From Tubiluchus corallicola (Eukaryota; Animalia; Priapulida), in NCBI GenBank assembly GCA_030141605.1, contig JAQGDQ010000046.1, forward strand, positions 806,001 through 870,000: 64,000 bases of DNA, read 5' to 3'. The first letter of the stretch is position 1. Each line of letters begins with the position of its first letter. Shown here piece by piece: positions 49,401 to 61,400 of this stretch. Under the pieces are notes generated by a model that did not search any database, had not been told where the DNA came from, and saw only the letters and a program-made list of their open reading frames with translations. A program made the position numbers and the translations under genes.

Positions 49401-52400
49401 TTTAGGTAACTTACTTCCAGCGCTACAGATACGAAACGTGACCAGGAGGTATGTTGAGAAGAAAATGGCTGTTTCTACATATTTTGTTCTATGAACTTTT
49501 AAGTATGTTTATTCCTTAACCTGAAAGTTTCTGCTGTTTATGCCAAATCAGTTTACTATCTTTCTTGGTGAAATGGAGCCATAATGGAAGTTGTTGAATG
49601 CACACAAACTGCTAGTGAAACAAGTCCGTTATATCCTTGACTCCTGGATTAACATAAGTGCACAAATTGCTGTTATAAACAACCCTTGAACTGTTGGACA
49701 TGCCGGAAGTGTGAACAAACTAAGCGGTTCTTTAGGTGTTTCATTTATGGACTGTACTCTAACCCTTCGTACCAGACTGCAAGACAACGGCTATCTACTT
49801 TGCTCGAGAAAGAAGTGTTGCTGAACTAACAGCTTAACGCTAGTGTATGCTTCCATCCTGCCGAACAAGGATTTCCTGCTAAGCCAGAAGGAGGAGAAGG
49901 CCCACGCAAGAACATCCAGCAGCTTCCAACGTAGAAACAATAGCACTACAGAGCTCTTAGTACCTATTTAGGAAAGGGCACCAGCACTCAGTGTTTTAAA
50001 TAACTCGCCAACATAAGCACTATACGATCAATCAGAGATATAGGTTGACCTGTTTAAACATCTTGGCACACTGAAAGCATAGCTGAGTTACACCGGGCCG
50101 TCACAAATAAGAGAAGAAAGTCGCCTTCATACATTAGCACTGATGACACTAATTTACCGTTCATTCTGATTAGATTACAAAAAAGTGAGTGGTAATACCT
50201 CTTATTAATCATGCGTTTATGCTCTGGCTCACGTGACTGCTTAATTATTCAACTTGTTGTCATTCATTAACAAGGCAAAATATAATTAACCGTTCTCAAG
50301 AGAGTATCTTCAATGTAGCGAGGTGTCGCCAAATGTGATGCCTACATTTTATTTTTATTACGTATGAGTCATGAGCAGCCATGTCAGCGAAGCCAGGCAT
50401 GGGAGTAGTAGAATGAATAGATACACCCAAAATAATGGTACGGATGATTAGCTTGACAAAAAGCTTTCAAGTATACTAATGGCAAAACATGATTAAAGTA
50501 ATAGATTCATTGCAGAATAAATAAAGGGATCAAAATGTGATCTTTTGCTCTCCGGTTGAGGGACGATTCTACTCTAGCGTTTATTAGACATAAAAGAGAA
50601 GACGCAAAGATGGGACCGCACTTCGATGAAGGCGATGAGGTATATGTTACCTTTTAGACAACATTTGGTAAACTTAGGAAGGTGACTAAAACTAAAATGT
50701 CAATTATTTTCATCTTCGCCAATGAAGCTTGTTAAACTTAAAACAACAACATTGCTTCCTAAACATATAAATCAAACATCGAAAAATAGTAATAATACCT
50801 GACTTGCAACACACAAAACGAAGTAGCAGTGTTAGGTAGTAATGAGCGTGCATTTTTTACAATATGGCATACTGTAAGCCGGCGTCCACTTACTATGAAT
50901 GGGCTGACGGTTGAGGTCAGGCCGGAAACCTACCTCATTGTCAATGCTATCAATCTAAGATGAGAAGCTAAAGCGACAGAGGTGCCTCAAAAAGCCAGAA
51001 TCAGTATGGTATAATAAGACAGTCCAGAGCAAACATCGAATCCAGTGTTTCTTAACTTGAGTCATCAAGCAGCGCAAGCACCACCAGGACAACTCGGTTA
51101 TTCCTCCCGCCTTGCAAGGGCTGGCAGAACGAAAAATCATCAGAATATAGCAACTACCGAGAAAATTTTCCAACAACACGCAATAAAATACCAAAACGCA
51201 TACATCTACACGAAATTGTTCTATTAGATGAAATCACACTTTTTAAGAGAAACAATGAAAAACAGCGTGGAACCACATTACTATTCTATCCTTCCAGAAT
51301 TGTTTTACACTGACAAGTGTTTTAAAAACGCAATAAAATCAAACACATTCGTAGTTTATAAATTAAGATTAACGAACTTAAAGTTAAAGTCGCAGCATTT
51401 ACAACCAAGGCAGTATACAATCTTAGAAACACCAAGTAGCACTTTGGCAGCTTACAGCTTACAGCTACTAAGCAACAGCAGCGATTTGGATCTCCTACTT
51501 CACTCATGTTATTCAAATATTCCAATCGATGCCACAGCGTTAGTAAAGCCATAAAATTGACAAAGTGTTAGAGTGAGCCAAATGTTGATTTAGCAGAGAT
51601 TGAATATCTTCAGTTGAATTACTACAGTCTAGTGTCTATAGAAACAAGCTACCAATGCAAATTCAATAGATAGATGCTTATACTACAATCAAAACATCTA
51701 AAATAACATTTTGTAACTCTTGCTTAGGACTAAAATTACAAAACAGTCTACCTGCGTGTATGAGACTTCCCTTTTTAAGCCTAACAACGATTTTTAAAGC
51801 TACTCTAAATTAGATGTTTTTCACTGCCACGCTTCGAAGATTATTTGAAAAAATGTTTAACCTGGCCTTACCTACATGAAAAGAATTCCTTCTGACAAAC
51901 TGCACTAGAGAGATTAAAGAAAATCTGTCATTAACAGCAAAATTTTTCTTGCGTCCAAGAGTCATTAACGAACATATACTTTCAAGGAAATTGGCTTCCC
52001 CATTTTGTAATCAACGAAAAAGTCTTGTACCCTAATAAAATGGTTCTGTATAATGACGCTCACGCTAGATTATAGCTGACCCTCGTAACACACAGTAAAA
52101 TGGTTTCGCCGCTAACAGACTAATCAATCAATCAATCCAAAATGAGGGCTACATCTTTCTCAGTCTCTCTCGGGAACGTGGTTTCTTAAAAGCTTCTTCC
52201 ACATATGAGTAATGATCAAGAAAAACACCAGAGACTACAGCAATTAATTTAACAGTATCAAGCGTAGCTAAAAGAAATTATCTTGTTTTCGCATATAAGG
52301 AATCAAAACAAAAATTCCTCAGCAAAATGGTTTCTTTTTCAATAGATCTCACCCGCAAAATGCTTTCGACCATACCAATAAGAAAGACAGCTCTTGCGAA

Positions 52401-55400
52401 GTGAATGTTGAATCCCATCTTGCGAAGTGAATATTGAATCCTACTGTGCTGTTTCATTTGCTCTGTACAAATCCATTCCATTACTTCCGCATATATCCTT
52501 TAAGCGGCTATACAATGAAAGATTCTATACGTGCTTTAGACAAGCATGAAATTTTCAAGTATAGATACAACAAATATAAAGCAAAAAATTCTGGATAAAA
52601 ACTACATCTTTCTCTATTTTGCAACCCACCTATTCTTCCCTCGCCAATGCCTCTTCCTCACTCACTCTCTCTCTCCTTCTCTCTCTCTCTCTCTCCCTCT
52701 CTCTCTCTCTCCCCCTCCCTTTCTCATTTCAACTCAGCAATTATACAATAAATTCTTGACGTTTTCCGCAGTGACCTAAAACGTCATTCCTATGAATCTC
52801 GCCGATCATTAAATATCAATTATTCAGCTTCTACAACACTCATTTTTCTTAATTAGCTGGCTCCGAATTATAGGCTACAAAAACAAACTATTGTCAACGC
52901 ATTTCTTAAAATCCACTAATCATTGGGCCTTCATTACTAATTTCTTTGGCAGGTTCTTAATACAAACTTGAGAAGTTATAGCACGCTCATTTACGCAGTT
53001 CGGATTTGAAGCAACAAGTATGCATGAAAAATATCAAACCAGTCATAGAAGGGCATCGATTTTAAACCTTGATTCAATAAAAATAATGATCTTGTTAGTC
53101 ATGGAACTTCGTCATCACTCACTAACATTCAAATGAATCATGACTACAGACGAAGAGACGAATCAGTACAATTAGGCGCCTGTCTGCAGCTAAATAGTAC
53201 AAAGACTTGTAGAAGCTTAATGATGGTATCAGAGCAGCTTCATTAACTGTACCGGGTGCCGGCGAGAGGAACTGATGATTCAGGTTCTGCATCCCTATAT
53301 TATGAATTTATGGATAGATCTAATCCAGAATCAACAGATCTATATAAAATCCCTGTGCAACATTAATAAGTAAAAATAAGGTGAGAGATATGGGACATGG
53401 TGTGTTTAACAGAACATGGCTTCTTCCAATAAACTGCTCACATACATTTACGTGAAAGGTCATATACACATTATTTATCTTTATACTTTATTTATCGTTT
53501 TAAATTCAGTGAACAAAAACTTACAGTTAGTAATAATGAAGTAGACCCAAAGCATGAAAAATGCACTAAAAAGTGTGTATGGATTAAGACGCTAAATGCT
53601 AGTGCCAGGCATAAATGTTACAAATTATTGTTGAATTTGGTACTAAACATATAGCAAAAGATGCATTACTAAGGCGCTACGATGATTAGTTTCAAATTTG
53701 TTAAAATGAAAAAGCACTATTCTCGACAAACATGAATTTTTTTTATCATTCCCAAAAGACAGTATCTGGTTAGGTTCTCAAAGCAAAATCTTAATATCTT
53801 CCCCGTAAATAATATTACACAGATACAACAGGTACCGCAAACCACTATTTCCCAACATTATTTGACTATTTTCAAAACGCTATTATAGATTCATTACAAA
53901 ATCCTAAAAAACTTTGGTGGAAAAACTTAAAAAAGTTATTACCGTCAAAAAAGCAAGTTTTGCCAACACAAATAAAAACTGCTGAGATGTGTGTGACTAA
54001 TGCTTGTGATATTGCTAATATGTTCAACCAACACTTTGTACATATATCTGACAATATCAAAATACCTGATGATAAGATGGATGAAAACTTAATAATATTG
54101 ACTCTGGAAGGTACACAGGTGTTGCATACCTAGACTTAAAAAAACTTTTGATGTCCTAGACCATAACATCATTCTTGATAAATTACAAATGTATGGAATT
54201 AGGGGTATAGGCTATACATGATTCCATTCACATCTAAAGAACCGTCAGTAAATTGTTAGCTTTATAGGAGAGCTACCTGATGTTGAAACAATAAAATCCG
54301 GACTACCACAGGGTTCCTTTGTTGGGCCTATATTATTTTTATTACATATAAATGACCTTTCCTCGAAAATAAAACACTGCCACTTAGAGACATATGCAGA
54401 CGACAGTATGCAGTACGCTGGTGACCGGGATTTAAATGAAGTCCAAAGAAACATCCAAAACGGAGTGAATAAAATTAGTAAGTGGATGGTTCACAATAGA
54501 AACTCTTAATGAAACAAAAACAAAAACAATGTTAGTAGGCAGTGCCCAGAAATTAGTCAGTATGGACTCTACTCAACTAAATATTCATACGTGTCGTTCT
54601 GGAACAAGAGGGAATCAGAAAACATGTTGGGTGTAATGACCATAACGAAAATCTCTCTAAGTCACATGGAAAAATTGCACAAAAAATTGGAATTCAGAAA
54701 AAAGTTTCCCTATGCATCTGCAAATATTTTTCAAAAACACTGTTTAATGTAATTGTTCAATCTCATCACATGTTGCACTATATGGAGAACTGTAAAAATC
54801 AACAAAATTTAATTAAAATTACTAGACTTCAAAAATGTGCCGTTAAAATAATTTTGGGATAGCATAGGATGCCACAGATGTTTTGAAAAATTGCTGATTA
54901 GATAGACTACAGGAAAATATTACTTGTCCTTCATGCAATTACCAATAATTTGGTGCCTGACAGAATTAGGCTAGAGTTCAGATAAAAAGCACCAATGCAC
55001 AGTACAACAAATGCATCAAGTTATATATCCCAAAACCCCAAACTAATCATAAAAAGGCCTTATCAGAATATTCCAGGGGTTCTAAGAGGGTTCAGTTAAG
55101 AAATGTTTTACTTAAGAAACGATTTTATAATTTTCCGAAATAGTCCTATTTTTAGCAACACTGAAAATGTAGTTATATATATATAAAACTTTTTAAAGTG
55201 TAACTTTATGTGTTTTAATATAATTTTATCATAGTCTAAATTATTCGCTGTAACTGCAAATTTTAATCGTAACTTACTTTTGTAATTTCATTGTATATTA
55301 TAATATGTACTTTTAGAGTGTAATTTTCTTGATGTAACTGAAAAATTTTCGAACTGTTAATTTTAATTTTAATTTGCTCTCATTGTTTTAACGTGTAATG

Positions 55401-58400
55401 TCAGTGCGTAATTTATTTTTATTTAAAATTGTCACTTTTAATTTTATTAACTGCATGGACCAAAATGGAAACATTGTTTATATGCAATTTTAATGTATCC
55501 ATGTAAAAAATAAATTTCTGTCTGTCTATCTATTTGTTTAAGACGTTGCCTGATTCGATCAAGTAGTATAATATTACATATATTATATATATATATATAT
55601 ATATACAGGATTCTCAAGAAATACTCTCTGTAACAAAATTAAACGGCTTTCAATGTATTTAAGCAAATAGTATTTTGAGGAAACAAATTTTTACAATACA
55701 ATACATTACAATACAATACATTACAATACAATGCATTACAATACAGTACGGCATACGATATTATTTAACGGGCACTACATTAAAGACTTTGCAAACAGAA
55801 TATGCATCTCTCGACTTCGTTTTTCATAATCTCGAATCATAATATGAAATTTTATGCAAGCGAATCACTGAGGTCAACTCCATCAGATTAGTACCTGAAG
55901 CAAATTAATTTATTACTTTCCTGTAGAGGACTTTTCATCCACACTGCCGTGAACACAAACACCGAGTATCTTCACAAAATACGTAGCACAGAACATCAGA
56001 ACTTGTTAAACGCGCTGCACAGAACGCTATACCTGAATGAAGCCAGTTTGATGCTATTTGATCAATGGCGATAGTTAGTCACTGCATCTTGTGGGAGGGC
56101 TGTTTACTGCGCACAATCACCAGATTTAGATCTTGTTATTATACTATAGTATTTACTATGAAAAAACTATTTTGATTTAAGGGGTTTACACGCTCGTGCA
56201 ATATGGAATTGCATGCATTATAAGTAAGCAGTAATCTCTGCAAATATAAGAAGTAGGAATTTATTCATGTTGGTCAACGATCAACCATACTTGTCCGACT
56301 GCTCTTATTGCAGTTATCGTATCCAGTGTGCGACTTCAGTGAGCTTGTAGGTGGTTTAATAGGTTGACTGCCGCTCTGAGAGTCAAGTTATACAATATAT
56401 TCATTATGCACATTGTTACAAGCATCATTATGCACATATTCACAAGCAAAAACTGTGAGATCTGGTTTATACATTTTATTTGTAAATGGCAGCCAAGTGT
56501 GGTAGAATGTGGCATTTGAGACCTCCAGGAGAAAAACAAAAAGATCGAAAGAAACAAATGAAATTAACGAAATCATACAGACTAGCTCAACCCTGGAAGA
56601 TAGCAAATCTGGAGGTTTTTCAAAAAAAGTAACAAAATCATAAATATAAAAACAGGTTATGACCACTAACCCACTGAAACTTTTTCTCGAAAAAAGTTAA
56701 ATAGATGTAGTTAACAGTTAAAACAGCTTAGTAGTAACTTTGCGGATTCGAACAACGTCATAAGTTTGCTAAATTTGGTTATTGATCAAGATTGCTTTCC
56801 ATGCAAAATGAACCTATTAAAGAGGCTGTTTGTTGTGACAGCATTTTTTTAGCTTTATTGAAAAAAAATCACAATTTACTGTTTTTCTTATTTAATGTGA
56901 GAAAACAAAGGTGTAACGCAAGATCATAATCCGTTGCACGCACACCGTCACACACCACGGAGGCATACATCCAAGTACACTCTCACACGCGCGTGCGCGC
57001 ACCCCCCCCCCCCCCCACACACACACATCGCACACATTAAAAAACCGGTCATATTTATACAACAATTAATTGGAGGCAGAGAAAAAGGAGACACAATACA
57101 CAATCAGTCAAAGCCACCTATATAATACTAAAGACATGGCTTAATTATATCATTAGGATGATAATTAATTAATATTATTATACACCCACAATTATTTTAA
57201 TTTTACACAAACACACAATTAATTAAATTTTGATATCAAATTCGAAGGATAGGAATTGTGAAAAAACTGAGCTGTAGCAACCATCTGCTTACAAGGCAGA
57301 CACGGTAAGAGGCGTTTACCAGACATCCAGAACACGTATGCATTATGCACGGGATAGATATAATCGTTTTATATTTTTTCCAGTGCACCCCGTTTATCAG
57401 ACGCGCGTTATTGCGTTTTGGGCTCTGGGCTTGCAAAAAATCGATGTAGCAATTTTTTCTGCAAGGCCTTGTAGAGAACTCAGAGAGTCGTGAAACTGTC
57501 AGCACACTCAAACAAGAAAACAAAATGCTCAAAGCAACTATCGCCAATTTAGAAAAACAAGTTTATACTGCTGACGAAGCAACCTTTAACAGTAATGAAC
57601 GGAGAGATATGATTGAAATTTCTGGAGTTCCGTATGTTCAAAATGAATATACCAATGGTATTGTGGAAAGTTTGTGAGATTATCGAAGTGCCAATACATC
57701 CAGAAGAAATAGCCACTTCATACCGCATGTAGCGACCTAAATTAGGAAGCACCCCTGCAATCATTGCGAAATTTGTGCGCAGGTATATCCGAGATAAAGT
57801 TTATGCTGCACGCAAGAATATAAATTCAGCTGCTGACCTTGGACTTTCTACTTCCCACAAAATCTACATAAGCGAAAATCTGACAAAAGTGAACAGAACG
57901 CTGTTGTTTCACATACGTCAATGCAAAAAACAATTGAATTACAAGTATGCATGGTCACGTGAAAGAACGCATCTTTATTAAACGCTCAGATTCTTCTGAT
58001 GCAATGGTCGTAAACTCAATCCAGGGTCTTCTTGCCAAGGGATATCTACCATCCAGAACTTCAACCTAGAGGTAAAAGCCTTAATACGTAATATGGTACT
58101 GATGGTTGTAACAAACTTACTACAGGTGATAATTTATACCCGTGTAGCGTTTGTTTCACAAAAACTGTAGGAGTAATCAACCTGCTATATATTATAATAA
58201 TTGTGGCAGATGAGAATGTACCCTATTAACTCTCGATGGTTTCTGTAAATTAAGAAATTCTGATAAAGTGTTTTTTGCCAACCATGTCTAAACTTGATTT
58301 TACGATTTCAAATAATTGACAACGATGATCTTTACGATCACACTCAGTTAAATTGTAGCCCGATCGAGATAGCCCAACTACAAACGCTAAATGTTTCATC

Positions 58401-61400
58401 TAGTTTTTAACCAAAATGAGAATGGCCCTGACCTTAATCATAACACCCAATTTGAATTATTATAGCAAGTATTATAAACCCGCTGCACAACAATCATCCT
58501 CTGACCTTCAAACTACTGATACAGACCTCAAAATTTTGCATTTAAATATGTCTAGTCTTCAAAAACATTACTCTAGTATGGTGGATGTTTTGCTTCACTT
58601 CCGTAATCCACCTGATCTGATCGCTATAAGGAAAACCCGTATGAATGATAATAATTTTTTTTTATGTAATTTACTTGATTATACTTTCATGCGTGCTGAC
58701 TCCAAAACAAAGGCAGTCTTTTGGGCCTTTAAATAACAAATAAGCTGTTCTTCAAACAAATACATAAATTTGACTTAAATAGCGATGAACTTCCTTTGAC
58801 TGCAAACTCTGATATGCAGGTTGAAAACATTTGGGTAGATCTTCAAAGTCATGATAAACCCAAACAATTCATATTCGGTGTTATATATTGTCACCCTAAT
58901 ACAAATCTTGCTCAGTTTTACGAAGCCATGGAATACGTTTTGGATAAAATAAACAAAACAGGGAAATCATGCTACCTGACTGGTGACATCAACGTTAACC
59001 TGTTGCACCATGAGGCTAAGCCTTACAAATCTGATTATTTAAATACGGTTTTTCCAACCTGTTCACTCCCATTATAACTACACCTACTAGGCTAACTCAT
59101 AGCTCCAAACATTGATTGATCATATATATACAAATAATTTTAAAAACTACGTCATTCCTGCAATTCTGCTTTACCAAGTTGCAGACCATTTGCCCGTATG
59201 CTAAACGTACCAATAACAAAATAATAATCCATGATGAAAGTAAGTTTAATGAGGCTCACTTTTTGAACAACCTAAACACCAAACTGAACAATCTATCATT
59301 CACTAATCTAACAACAAATGATGCTTTTAGAAATTTTATGAATACGATTGCTGAAGTGCTGGGCCATCATGCGCACGTAAAAACTTTGTTCAGAAAAGAA
59401 ACTGAAAGCTTCAGTAAGCCCTGGCTAACCACTAGTCTCTTAACAACCATTAAAATTAAAAGCCAACTATATAAAACTCACTAACTGTCGACTAGTCTGT
59501 ACAAAAAATTATCGTGTCTATACCAGTGAACTTAATCACCTAAAAGAACAATCTAAACGTGCTTATTATTCTAACATACTTGAAACCAATAAAATAATAT
59601 GAAAAAAACTCAAAAACTATAAACAATATAACAAACTGTCAGAAAAATATACGCAAATCACCTAAAGAACTCACTCTAAATGGTAAGGTATACACTTAGG
59701 AGAAAGACATTAGTGAAATATTAAACAACTTTTTCTGTAACATGGGACTTGACATGGCTGATAAAGTTCCACAGACCAACATTAAATTTGACTATTATTT
59801 AAATAATCATGTCCAAAATAGTTTTTATATAACTCCGTACGTACTGATAATGAAATACATACTGAAATAAATAAACTTAACAACAGCAAATCAGTTGACC
59901 CAGAAAACATTTTAATCTAGCCATTGATGTTATTACACCCTTTCTGACAGTTCTATAGTAGAAGGTGTTTTTCCTGATATAGCCAAAAATAGCCAAAAGT
60001 ATCCCAATATATAAATCATCCAAATCACCTGAAAATCCTTCTAACTATAGGCAGATCTCGTTGCATTTGCCAATCACAAAAATATTTGAAAATTTGGTAA
60101 ACTAGATAAATTCATTACCAACAAAAAAATCTATCTAACTACCAATTTGGATTTAGAAAGAACAATTCAACTGCATTAGCTGTGTCTGAACTAACTGATA
60201 GATTGCTAAACAATATTGATAACCTGTTTGTTTGCATTATCTTTCTAGATTTATCCAAAGCCTTTGATACTGTTGACCATAACACTTTGTCGCAAAAAAT
60301 GGAAAATTGGGGTATTAGAGGGCACTCTTTAACTTTCTTTACCTCATATTTACATAACTGACAATGTATACATGCATTGGAAACACCAACTCAAACCTAG
60401 CCAACATAAATGTGGTGTCCCACAAGGTTCAACACTTGGCCCGCTAGTGTTTCTTCTGTATATCTTCTGTATAAGCAATGACCTTGCTTATTAGTCTGTA
60501 TTTCATACAAAATTGTTTTTTTGATGATACTAACCTGCTCTTATCTGATACTAACCTAAATAATCTTCAACAAATAGTCAATAAATGAAATCTTAAATGT
60601 CAGTTCTTGGATGCAAACCAATAGGTTAATGATAAATTACAAAAATACTAAACACATATTAATTGCATGAAAATGTTCAGCAGACTTAAATAATTTCCAA
60701 CCCAAAACTATAAGATTTCAAGTAATTGAATGGTCCAATGGAATAAAATACCTGGGGTTATTTATTGATCACAAATTATCATGGGCCACACTCAACATAA
60801 GCACATTTGTTATAAGGTTAGTAAAATTAAAGGTCTTATATTAAAAATTAAGCCCTATGTAGAACAAGCCACCATAAAGCTCATTTACTTTGCCCTATGC
60901 CCTTTTACTTTGCCCATTTACTTACAGAATGGTATACTTTCCTGGGGCACTGCCACTTTAACTATACTAAAATCTCTTCAAACTCAACAAAATGAAATTA
61001 TAAAGTTAATGACATTCTCTACTAGGCATGAATGCGCTACACCATAATATTACAACCTGAAATTACTCAAAATAAATGATACTTATAAGCTTGAACTTGT
61101 AAAGTTTGTATACAAGGTCAAACATAAATTGCTGCCCAACCTCTTCAAAAATTATTATACCTCTGCATCTGATATACGCTGCTACAAAACAAAACCTGCC
61201 ATTAATAGATCTCTCTTCATTGAAATTGTTAATACATTTATAGGACAAAAATCTCTAAAATATCAAGGGCCTATACTATTGAACATTTTGCCTACTGATA
61301 TCACTGCAAGGTCGTTAAATTCTTAGAAATGGAAATACTGCTGTTTCCTTATTGATAACTACAACATTCCTAGCCCCTATGAGGAGTAACAGACATTATA

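Noticed and set aside
50960-51200. Crypton/tyrosine-recombinase-like words (SVWY, TKNHQ)
   Set aside because: The words lie in different frames and are too short to support a call.
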